Shown here one piece after another: positions 1-11,570 of a DNA stretch of 64,000 bases. The notes beneath the pieces are model-generated. The model saw nothing but the letters and a program-made list of their open reading frames with translations. It made no database searches and had not been told where the DNA came from. Made by a program: the position numbers and the translations under genes. The first letter of the stretch is position 1. Every line of letters starts with the position of its first letter. Origin of the DNA: Tubiluchus corallicola (Eukaryota; Animalia; Priapulida); contig JAQGDQ010000908.1 of the NCBI GenBank assembly GCA_030141605.1, forward strand, positions 1 to 64,000, read 5' to 3'.

Positions 1-1514
1 AAAATCCAGACAGGATTGTTGAAGATTAAAATCTTTCTTTGAGTGTGTAGGGTGTGGAATTTGTTCAAATTTTTGTCGAGATTGCTAAAAAAATTTTACT
101 TTATAAACAACAACTAAATGTTTCTATTAACATCAGCCTCTGTAAGCAACAAAGGGCTGTATTACAAAACTATTAAAATTAACATAATTACAGAAATGAA
201 ATGTAAAAAAACTTGATGATTAAAGGCTGCCTTGATATTCTGCTGTAGAGAGGTTGAGCAATGTAACATGTTTACAGTATCGTTGCCGTCGCTGTTGCTG
301 TTGGTATTGTTGTTGCTGTTGTTTTTGTTGTTGTTGTGGTGGAGGTGGTAGTAGTTGTTGTTGCTGTTGTCATTGTTGTCGTCGTCATCGTCATCGTTGC
401 TGTTGGTGTTGTTGTTGCTGTTGTCGTTGTTGTCGTCGTCATCGTCATTGTTGCTGTTGCTGTTGGTGTTGTTGTTGTTGTTGTTATTGTCATTGTTGTT
501 TTTCTTGCTGCAGTTGATATTGTTGCTGTTGATGTTGTTGTTGTTGTTCTTGCTGTTGCTATTGTTGCAGTTGCTGCTGCTGATGATGATGATGGTGACT
601 CTGATCATCATGATAATTATGACGATGTCACACCTGATGTTGTGGTTTTTATAAAAGCTTTATGCTTTTATACTAATAATTCTGCAAAGAAAAATATTCT
701 CTGTAGACAAGCAAATGCCAGGCAAAGTCCAGCGATCAGCTAAATCTCTTCCCATAGAATATTGAGTTCTTATTTTAATACTTGAAAAGTCACCAATCTG
801 TCAGTTTTATTTACTTTAAAATTTAATGTCAGTCTTAAGATGTTTGCAAACAAGTGTAACCGCAGCAGATTCATAAAAAAATTACTCATATTTATTTTGG
901 CGTGTGCTTTGTTTGCAGCTCACAGTTCAAATACTTTCTAAGCACTTAAACAAACTGAATAAGTTCTTATGTTGATACAGGCAAACAAAATTTGTTAGAA
1001 AAACTTCCGCTGTGGTTATAAAGATTTCCATGATGAAAAGTTGCATCATAAAAGCGAATTATAAAAACACGTTAAAAACTAATTTTGTGTCAAAAAAATT
1101 CTATAGAAAGACTCTAGAATTAATTACAGAATTGTTTACTGTCACGTAGTTGATTTGTGATTAAAGGGATAATTTATATTTACAATCCGTATAAGTTAAA
1201 GTAGGATAATGTCAATTGTTGAGTCATGTAAACAATACTGTAAGCATGTTACATTGCTCAACCTCTCCACAGCAGAATATCAAGGCAGCCTTTAATCATC
1301 AAGTTTTTTTACATTTCATTTCTGTAATTATGTTAATTTTAATAGTTTTGTAATACAGCCCTTTGTTGCTTACAGAGGCTGATGTTAATAGAAACATTTA
1401 GTTGTTGTTTATAAAGTAAAATTTTTTTAGCAATCTCGACAAAAATTTGAACAAATTCCACACCCTACACACTCAAAGAAAGATTTTAATCTTCAACAAT
1501 CCTGTCTGGATTTT
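1..1514. repeat. Long near-perfect inverted repeat (arms 1-280 and about 1235-1514) around a ~955 bp spacer
   Basis: 1-280 is the reverse complement of 1235-1514 with only about 2 mismatches seen; the left arm is cut by the window edge. Confidence 0.9.
281..630. repeat. Compound trinucleotide microsatellite (GTT/GCT/GTC/GAT)
   Basis: Visible directly; explains the poly-N/C/V/L/T ORFs. Confidence 0.95.
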
Positions 1515-1584
1515 AACATTAATTGAAATCTTGTGAATTATTGAGCTAAGATGCAGTTTATACCGTCACGTCCTCAACACACAA

Positions 1585-1820
1585 AGGAGGATTTTGATCC
1601 GTAACACAAATATGTCTGCGATCAAGCAATAGTTCAATAATCTCTCTTCTTAAATTGATTCAGCAGATTTCACAACAATTTTGGCAGCGTGAGAAATTGT
1701 GCGTAACGACCAACCTTGAAACTCCCATGACAAACCGTTTATACAAACATTAAACTAAAAATGTATGAGTTAAGGTTTCTTAAATGTTTGACATTTCAGT
1801 AAATTTTTTGGCACTGCTAT
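1585..1820 (+). repeat. Dispersed repeat, diverged direct copy at about 5255-5540
   Basis: Shared blocks gattcagcagattt..acaatttt..gtgagaaatt..gaccaacctt and taaaaat...gagtt..ggttt.ttaaatgtt. Confidence 0.7.
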
Positions 1821-4328
1821 TGTTTCAGTGGTAATTGTAAACTGCTTTTTATTTTATTATAATTCTGTAACGTACAAAACTGATGTCTTCACAAAGATTT
1901 TAGAAGTCTACACTGTAATAGCTTTAAACACATTTTTTATAAATAAATTGCAGGCGGGTTCATGCCATGCATGAACTATTGGTGAAACTTGGATACTTGG
2001 TGAGTTACGTTTTCATTTGCTCTGCTGATCCTGTTTGTTTACATAGTAGTCGACGTAGAGAACGGATGTTTCACATATGAACATGGCTGAGACACCTCTG
2101 GCAGTTCAGTGGCTCATCTTCAAGAGTTGCCTTTGAAAATAAGCCTGAATCAACTCAGACCACATCTTAAACATCCCAACTTTTTGATACCATTATTTTA
2201 GCATAATTATAATTATGTTATTAGTATGTCATCATTTCAGAGTCAAGTTATGAAGTAATGTGTGTAATAAAGTTTAAAGCTCAGAAGAAATATCTGACTG
2301 TCTAAACACTAACGCTTCTTCAAAATCATTCAACACAAAGAGTTTTGAAAGATGCTGCAATGTTTATTTTAAAACAAGTTTTCCTCCTTTGTGCTGAAGA
2401 TGTGAAAAAATCTGAAGTTATATTAGGTCTTGTGTCAATACATTAGCCTGGGAACTAATAAAAAGACACATGACAAAGAGTTAAGTAAACAAAGCAGAGT
2501 GATTACAAGGTTCTTGAATTTCAAAAGCCCGCATTCCACGCCTGCAAAAGAGTTAACAGAACAAAGCTGAGCAAATACAGACAAGACAGTTAATAGTCTA
2601 CGACATTCCAGGAATATTGACATAAGCTTTTCCAGAATGGAGTGAGAAGTAATAACATTTCTCATTATTGCCTCCTTTTCTGGTATAACAGCCTCCCTCT
2701 CACACCTTAACTCACGCTTAATATCACTTACTGCTTAAGAGAAACTTTAAATTGCTTTACACGAAAGTACGACATTCTTTTAAATGTAATTGATTCGTGA
2801 TCATTAATTTAGCAAGACGCAACACAATGTGGTTTTCTACATCCTGGTCTGCTGACTGCAAACGTCACAAATCCATTTTCTGACCAGTTTCTGTGATCTA
2901 TCAGACGTGTCATTATTTTTTTTCTCTTTGAAGTAAAGCTTGTAATAATATAACCACCTGGGAAATGCGATGTTTTGATCAGATTAAAAGGATTATAAGC
3001 ACAATAATTGAGTTTCAGTTTTCAGATTTCAAAACATTTTAAAGAATTTGTATTGAAAACACAGGAGTAAAAAATCAGTTACTTTTAGCATCACAACAAA
3101 GACGAGGCTGCGTAATAATAATAGCTGTTTGAACGAGAAACATACAATTTTAAGTGTGTAATCACACGGGCAATCATGGCTCCATATGAACGGGTAATTC
3201 TTTAAAGTGATTTGTTTGCTGAAGACAGAAATTGTCCCTCTAATATCAGTCTCCCGCCACCAACCCTGGTATTGTTAAAACTCAATGAAAACGGATTATT
3301 TTTGTCTACTCTTTAGTATGAACAGTCATGCATTTATGTTGCTTTCTTTGACTTGAAATTACCTTGTTGTTATTAATGGATGTTGCTAATAAATCATCTC
3401 TTATCCATGTTTGAGTAAATGATACTTTGATAGAAATTGTAACTAATTTAGAGCAAGGAAAGATCAGGCATTTTGTGTTGCATAAACTGTGAAATTTTTT
3501 ATGTGTTCTGGTTCTATAAGTTTGCACGACATTATCGAAAACAAATATACATTCAAACAGAGTAACATCATCTTTCAATTTCAATGTTTTTAACTTGGTA
3601 TTTATGTTGTATAACTATAAGATATTTATATGATGGTTGTTATGCAGGAACCTGTGTCGGGTCAGGTGTAGAGCCCTCTGCACGGCCTGTTTCCACATCA
3701 GCAGCGACTCACTTTGTGTTGTGCCCAGACTAGGAGCTGCTTCCCTGAGATTGTAGTAACTTCTGGCTTCTAGTCATAGTGTACTTCATTGATTTTTTTC
3801 CTCGCATTTAGTCTTTGCATTTTTTCTTTAAAATAACTGCAGTGTTTGCATTGCAACAATGTACAGTATCACTTGTGTGAAAATTTCAACTATCCAGACA
3901 CAATACTCTGATACACTCTGAGTGCCTGAAAGGGGCGTGTTTTTTTAATTTTATTCAGTTAATTCACTTTCTGATGTTTAAAAAACTAGCATGATGAATA
4001 GCTGAGATTCTCATGGATAGAGCAGTACACAGCTTGTAATCATTTAGTTGTGTCTGTTCTCATACTATAGCAAAAAAGTCATAGGTCTTATGGTGCGGTC
4101 TTGAAGGAGTTAAAGGTAGAGTTTCAAATGTTCCAGAAAAGAATGACATGTAAACAGATTATGTTTAAGCCGCTACCATTTTCAGTAATGACAATGCTGT
4201 CATAAGTGACGTTAAACTGGTACATTAAAACCGTTTTACTTACAATTTTTTAAATTATTTACTAATAATCATCGTTTTAGTTGCTTTTGATTAGTAAAGA
4301 ATAGCACTTTTCATTGCAGCCATGCTAT

Positions 4329-4831
4329 TTAAGTAACGTTATTCTCCTGCCTAAGCCATGCAGGTTTCTCAGTTCGTTGCCTGGCATTATTTTCCTCTCC
4401 TTGCCACATTTCAGACCAGCTAAATGTTGTGTTATGACACTGTCCTATCGTCCCATGTGGAAATGGCACCAATGGCCCAGGTGGAAATCTACACATATCT
4501 GAATACTTTGGTATTGGATCGATGGTATTGTCATTAGCTGGATGTCCAGAGCGTGTCATCCAGAAGTTCAGTATCTGCTCTGGGTACACGCGATGTAGGC
4601 TGATGTAATGTTGACAAATAAGGTGACCTGTTACAGAGGTGGTGTTTACACGTCTGTAATTAATTCTCTTGTCAGGAAAGTATGTTATATTGTTCATCTG
4701 TAGGATCCACAAGGCTAAGGGACGTGTGGCTGTGCTGTGACATTGCAACTTGCCTTCTGTGTTTTGCTTCAGTAAATTTTCTATTATGTCTTTGGTTAAA
4801 ATGATGAATTCTTCATTCATGGTGACCCATC
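4329..4831 (-). other. Candidate coding exon, weakly Ig-like
   Basis: ttattttag acceptor at about 4832, open frame of over 160 codons, spaced Cys (KLQCHS...GHLICQ); no clear family motif. Confidence 0.25.
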
Positions 4832-4914
4832 CTAAAATAAAATAGTCAAGAAATTCAAACCAGAAAATAAAAGTTGCAAAAAACGTTTAAATTACGAAAC
4901 ACGTCTGTACAGAG

Positions 4915-4972
4915 ATTTCATTTGGTCTTTAGCACACTTGAGTGTTGTGCAGAACTCGGGTTCGAATCCCAA
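4915..4972 (+). other. Degenerate tRNA or SINE-head fragment
   Basis: B-box GGGTTCGAATCCC; no full cloverleaf. Confidence 0.3.
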
Positions 4973-7960
4973 TGAAAGTATTTTTTGGATTTTTAGCTGC
5001 AGTATTTCATGAACTTTGTATTTCTCACACTTTTTTCAAAAGCTAGACAACATATTTCTTGTTTCTGCTAAGTGTCTGAACACATTGAATACAAGCAGTT
5101 GCAGCAGTCATAGTCGTAGCCCTCGCTGCAGTCGTTGCCGTTGTCATTGCAGCCAAACAAATGAAAAAAAAATAATGAAATACAGTAGAATTTAATAATA
5201 ACTGAAACCTTGGAAAACAGTGAGCTGAGGCGCCATTTATGCCCTGCACGCCAGAGGATGATCCTGATCCCTAAAAATTGTTGCATATTAGGTTATAATG
5301 AAATGACTGAAACCCCAGATAACAGCCTTTTATATAGATTCAGCAGATTTTACGACAATTTTGTCAGAGTGAGAAATTTTGGGTAATGACCAACCTTAAA
5401 ATGTCCAAGTGAGCACGTTTATATAAGTCTAATAATACAAGTCTGAACCGTTTATATAAGACTAAACATTAGAATAAAAATATCCGAGTTTAGGGTTTTT
5501 AAATGTTGCATATTTCAGGAGACTTCTTGGTACTGCTGAATTTCGTGAAATAATTTCTAGCTAAGTACCGACTTAATGGTCTTGGAACTAGTGATTAAAC
5601 TGGCTATAATCATTGTTTAGTACATTTGCAGTACTTTATACAGCGCAAAAAGGTTAAGTAATTTCATTTAATCATGAATTATTACGTTTGCAAGATTTAA
5701 CACAGAATTTTGGAATGTAGCCTTGTATTTCTGAACCATGTACTGGTACTAGGGCCTTAGACCACTGTACGCAGCTACATTTTGTCAAAGCAATGCAAAG
5801 TGATGATACATTACAGACAACATCCTGTATCGGGTGAATAAAATGCAGGTTTAGACAGCACGTGTCTTCGTGAGTATGAAGACTAAAGCTTGACAGTAGA
5901 AAATGCAGTTGACACAATATTGACGTATGATAAAACATTGTTTTAAAGTAAAAAAACAGTGTTTCTTTCCATAAGATAAGCCTATCACTTTTGTTATTTC
6001 AGGAACGTAACATTAGTCCATTTGTTCAATGTTTTGGTGCAAAGGCATTAATAAAACACCCAATAAATGGAATTATTTTTGCAGTCATACAAGCAGACAA
6101 GTAAGAATAGTAACTATCCATGCAGCACCTTTTAGTCCTAAAAACTTGTAGATTTGCGCTGTTGAATTAATGTTTTTAATCCTATCTTCAAATCTAATGA
6201 TCAATAATGCGAAGACACGCAGATAATGCTGAAGGTATGCCACATAACACCCTTTGAAAACAGAGCCCTAGATATAAAATTGTATGCATTATTTCTAACG
6301 TTTTTGACTATTTCCTTTAAACAAGTTTAACTTTAGTGCTTACCGCCTTTTTGCAAAGCATTAGATGAAGACTGCATATATATATATATAGGCATGGCAA
6401 TTACCCAGATCATCCAATGATGTTTGCGCGCTTTTCCCATGCCACATAGTCACATAGTTAACAGCAAGCATATGTGAAGTGTAACGTTATCAATACTAAT
6501 AAGAAATTACTAATAGTTTTTAGCACAAGAACTGCCTAACAGTTACTTAATTAAAGCGACCGTGTGTCATTTTGAGAACTAGAGATCTTAATTCCATGAA
6601 TAATTGCAGCACATGCTTCTTAATTATTTTCAGTGGCGGCTCGTGTGTAGGTAACGTAGCGCTGCAGCACCTCCCTCGTTTTCACTCGTTATTATCGATG
6701 TAACTTTTTCAGCTTTCGTTTCAGACAACAAAATATTTTGTACTCTCTACTCGAAACACTTCTGATATAGACAAAGTCTTTCATACAGATGATATACAAG
6801 ACTTCATCATTGTGAGGTGCATGTTGTTAATTTTGATAGTAAATGGCTTGCTTGGCTTGCATTGCTGTATGTGTTCTTTCAATTCATCATCTCCTCACCC
6901 CTGTCACTTAAAATGGTTTCTATTTTCCTGTTGGAGTACTTCGTTTACTTATGCAGAAAAAACAATACCTGTTCTGGACAGTTGAGTTGATACTTTTCAC
7001 TAGTGCAGACGTTCATTGTTGGTCTGACCAGTGGGCATGTTCCAGCATACCTGTTGTTAACGTATTTGTCTGGAAAGGCTGGCACACAATCTGTGATGTA
7101 ACTTCTTTACCATGGAGAGCTGAGCTAAGTGTTGTTTTGGCCAAGGACGGTGTTCCTGTTGCATAGCCTGTCTCACTCAGTCTCGTTGCTGTTACATGGT
7201 TTGAAGAGCTGGTCAAGCCACAGAAGTGTGATGTTATTACGTTCCATTCAGCTGTTGTAGACTACAACATGTTTGCTGGAAGTTGTTAGTTAGCTGTCGT
7301 CATCTGCATCAGGATCGTCAAGTTGTCGGCGTCAGCGTTGTCATTGTGGGAGGATCGTCAAGTTGTGCACAACATCGTCATGAACATTCAGATAAGTTAT
7401 GCACATTCATTTTCCTATCCTCATCTTTCTTTGGGCGTTTTCACAGCAAGCCACTAATAGTAATTTTTGAGCTCTTATTGTTGACTTTTTGTTGTACTGT
7501 TTTCTTTTGTAATAATTATAGCTCATATTTATATTTACAATTTATATTTCATCTTCTTTTGTTTTTAACCAAATAGCCTTAAAACAGCAGACGAGCCCGT
7601 GAAAATACATGTAGTATATCTACCTGATCATTATATAAAAATTAAGAAAGCCATAGCCCCCAGAACGTTACAATCGATAATATTCAATATAATTCTTTAA
7701 TTATTTCTTTATGTTTGTGCGGAGCACGTGAGGGAAGTACAATTTGCTTCACAGCCCAAGCAACTTGGTGGTTGGTCCTGCGCACATGTCCGAGATAAGA
7801 CGCTTTACTTTCGGTAGAAAGAGTACTGTCGCTCACAGGCCGTACTTGTTGTCAGTTGTCACGTGCTTAAAAGCCGTGAACCGCATATTCTTGAACTACG
7901 ACAATTTATTCGTATGAAAACAACATTTTTTATTTAGATGTTTATCAAGGTTATGTTAAA

Positions 7961-8038
7961 TTTACTGCCAAATCACGTTGAAAACACCGGTTCTCGTCTG
8001 ATCATCGAAGTTAAGCAACGTAGAGTCTGGTTAGTACT
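7961..8038 (+). pseudogene. 3'-truncated 5S rRNA pseudogene (about nt 1-80)
   Basis: tttactgccaaatcacgttgaaaacaccggttctcgtctgatcatcgaagttaagcaacgtagagtctggttagtact follows the invertebrate 5S consensus including box A, then runs into CTA/CCA repeats. Confidence 0.85.
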
Positions 8039-8193
8039 ACTACTAGTAGTACTACCACCACCGCCACCACTACTAAGGACATTTCTAATGACAAATATTT
8101 TATATTAATAAAGATAATGAAAATCTAAAAAAGCAATTAGCTTTATAACACAAAAATTAAGATTAGCAAAGATGCTAAAACGACAGACATAAC

Positions 8194-8331
8194 TGAAATT
8201 TGCAGCAATGGATATTTTTCGAAGCTATCCGGTTTTCTTTTTCTTCAATGGCTATTTGTTCTTCGACTTCTTCGTGAATCTTTTCAGATGTTAAAGAATT
8301 CCCTTTAAAAAAGCTATACCATGATCTGAGT
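8194..8331 (-). CDS. Sulfotransferase (CHST15-like) exon, downstream part; 3' end uncertain
   Basis: ttcctacag acceptor; phase-compatible with the 8870 donor; encodes (R)LRSWYSFFKGNSLTSEKIHEEVEEQI. Confidence 0.7.
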
Positions 8332-8869
8332 CTGTAGGAAGAAATAACAAAAATTAGTCAAGAAACTAAAACTATTGAATTGAATTTAATGTATGAATAG
8401 ATTTGTGAATTTTTCTGATCAGATATCAACATAGCTGGGGCCAGATTTCTGTCAAGGTATCTTCTTTTAAGACTACTACATTTTTGTAACATGAGAAAAG
8501 TTAGACAAGTAGTTCACAGAATTTTCGTTTTTAGTAAATACGTGCAGTTTGGCTAACCCCGTCTGTTAAAAAACTAATTAAATGGCTTTACTGTAATACG
8601 TGTACTTTGTAAAAAAATACGGAAAAAGTTGTGCAAGCAGATCATTAGCTAAGCAAAATAAAACCCAATATATTTGTGAGAAAGTTATTTTTTTCTTTTT
8701 GTGACTGACCACAAAACTTTCTTTTAAAGAACCGCTAATGTGATTTATTGTCTCAGAAGGATGAAAGTACCAATATTACAAAGGCGGCAAAAGGCCGAAT
8801 AATTATTTTTTCATATATAACACAGAAATTTGTTCACGTTCGCATTAAGGTAACTATTCTTAGTAATAC

Positions 8870-8999
8870 CTGTCAATTGGATTTCTGAGAGTAACAATGA
8901 GTTTTGCTGACGATGTCAACCAGTGTATATCATCTGCTATGTACTGATTCTCGCTAAATGATCCACGCTGTCCACTGAGATAAGCTGGTGTGAAATCAC
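8870..8999 (-). CDS. Sulfotransferase (CHST15/GalNAc4S-6ST-like) internal exon
   Basis: 130 nt AG...GT-bounded open exon encoding GDFTPAY...IADDIHWLTSSAKLIVTLRNPIDR; RNPxDRxxS is the PAPS 3'-phosphate binding motif. Confidence 0.8.
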
Positions 9000-9449
9000 C
9001 TACAATTTAATCAGCATAACTAAACTTAGTATAGTTGTTGTTAATAGATTGCTATAAGATCACCTAGATTTTTGTATAGCAAACTAAAATTACCATGATT
9101 AAGTACTTTTGTTTGCCAACTGTAGCCTGCATGAACGGGCACCTTAATATCTTTATTCTTAACTACACGGAGCGGAGACTCGTTTGTTTCTGCATTTTTG
9201 ACGTTTTAAAGGGCCATAAGCAAGAACATAGTTTTCAAACCAATAAACGTGTACATCTTTAGAACTTAGTAAAAAGGCCGGAAAACAGCTGAAGAAAACA
9301 CAACTTTGCTGAAAAATCTGGCTTAAAAGTAAATTTGTTTGGGGGCTAAAATTATAAATTGATTTAAAAACTATAATACATGGCTTCCGATAATATAAGC
9401 TTGGGATACAAATTATACATCTATGAATGCATGACTTCCGGCAGTCCAA

Positions 9450-11570
9450 TACACACATCCCCTCTGCAGCTAGTAGGAGATCTATTTCTCTCTCACTGAA
9501 TCGTTCGGGAGCTATGATATGCGTCGTCTTACCTATAATCATGATCTTACGTAAGCAATCTAATGATGCGTTCATAGCATTTAGCGCATCTATCCCTAGG
9601 ATAGCATTTTGTTGCATTTTGACTACCTGGTACCTACCATAATCCTAACCTTGCTATCCCTGAACTTTGTGACAATCTGTCGCTCCCCTATCACAGGCAT
9701 TATCGTTCCAGACGCATCTTTTAGTGTCACACTACTTGGGTCACAAGGACCCATTCCTAACCACCGATATAACGCTAATGATATGCACGAAGTTGTTGCC
9801 CGGTATCAGTTAACATACGGGTGGGTTTTCCATTTAATTCTACCGCACAGGTTGGCTGTGTAATCAACTGTTCTTCCCAACCTGTGGAGATATGGGCTCG
9901 AAACGCACCTATGCCGTCCCAATCCCCTTGTGTCGCCCTGGGTTCTTGCTTCCCTGCTTCCCTAACCTAACCTTTTCAGCTTCAGTCGATCACAGAGACT
10001 TAGCTCACAATTCGGCACGTACATTGAGCAATCTCACATTAGTGAGACTACCGGCCGGCGACCCAGTCGATAGCAGTCACAAAGATGACCACCAGTCCAT
10101 CAGCATAGCAAATCATCCCCATCCCTTATAGGGAACAAAGGGCTCACGCCCAGAGGCAACCGATGGTCTGAACCATAGGATGCCCCGCCGGTAGCCTAGT
10201 AGTTTCCCCGTGGCTTCACTGGACCCATTCTCCCTGGGGTGAAAGGCCCCGGTCTGCGGCATTCCTTGGCAATATCCCTGGTTGCAGACATCTAAAGCAC
10301 AAGTCAGCTCGAGTAGGCCTCCTAGATGTTTGGGCCCACCTACCCATTCCCAGATGGCCTAAACGAGGTAGCGGTCCTCCCCTCTGGGGTTGTACACCTT
10401 TCCCTCATCGGAGACCCTGTCCTACCTCGGGTGTCTTCTGCCTTAACCCTGGCTCTTCATGTTCAGGTCTCTGACCGCCCCCTGGGAGTAATAATTGACA
10501 AACAGGACTTTCATTCCCTTCCTTTTCTTCTGCATCCACATTAATTGGCTTCGCACACAACTGATCATTTCTCAATGATTGTATTAACACGTCGGTCAAG
10601 AACTGCTGTGCCAGGCTCTAATCAGTTTCGGACGGTTTGTATGCTAGCCCTGCATGGTACCAAATCCAATCCACTAATTTTCTTTTGTCGCAGGTTTTTT
10701 AATTCTATCATGTGTTTCGTTAATTCCTCTCTATTTACATAACTCTGCTCCAAAAAGGCAATAAACTGTGCCCAATTCATATTTGACCATAACTCTCCAT
10801 ATCCATCTAGATATTGTGTGCATGCGCCTTCAATGGTCATGTAGGCTAGGCGTACACAGATGCCACCTACATTTTGAGAATCAGGTGATGTGCAGAAACC
10901 CCACCAGAGTTATGCTCTGAATCAACCTATGAAAATTCTCACTACTGTCCGCCTCCTGTCCAGTAAATTTTGGGATGTCGACTAAGGCACTACATAATGC
11001 CCACTGATCAGTCATGGCCCATAAATGCGACAATAGCCAACTGGTTCTCTCAGGCATAATGGGAACGGACCCCTCTGGCTGTCCTGAGGCCCCGGCATCT
11101 GCACTCGATGATGCCCCTACTGTTTTGCTAATTCTTGGTTCTACTATGGGCGGCCTGGGTTGTTCAGTATCTCTCACACGTTTCAAAATTATGGCATGCA
11201 ACACCTGTTCTTCGGGAGTTTGCATCTCTAGCCATCCAGGAGGGATGGTTCTGGTCCGAATCCACTCTTCTAACTGAGCTTCTGTCACCGCTACATTCTG
11301 CGGATCCAACATTGCTTAACTTTATAACGTTTATTCTAACTAGACGGCTATAAGCACCATAAATTATAAATTACTGCACAGAATCCAGTTGTCGCTACTG
11401 TTCCAATTATCGGCACATGCCTCACTTTTGGCTAATTGCTTCCTTGTCCACTACTCACAATGTTTTGTTTCCTGAAAGCGCAATGTACAAGGATCAGCAT
11501 CTACAATACGCTGTAACTATGCAAGATGTGTGCAAACCCATAAAGTAATACTATCCTGGTCACGGCACCA
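9450..11570 (-). mobile_element. Decayed Ty3/Gypsy LTR retrotransposon (gag plus protease, truncated before RT)
   Basis: Gag fragments (IPKFTG, LKNLRQ), broken CCHC knuckle CFRCLQPG..IAKEC near 10250-10300, protease DTG near 9805 and ILGIDAL; many stops and frameshifts. Confidence 0.85.
11553..11570 (-). promoter_or_regulatory. Primer binding site (tRNA-His-like); the 5' LTR lies from about 11575 upward, far end undetermined
   Basis: Minus strand TGGTGCCGTGACCAGGAT just after ...CA and upstream of gag. Confidence 0.8.

Noticed and set aside
162-743. Overlapping ORFs rich in N, C, T, V or L
   Set aside because: Translations of a trinucleotide microsatellite
6960-7380. Thr/Ser-rich mucin-like reading on the minus strand
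   Set aside because: Interrupted by stops, no clear splice frame or family motif
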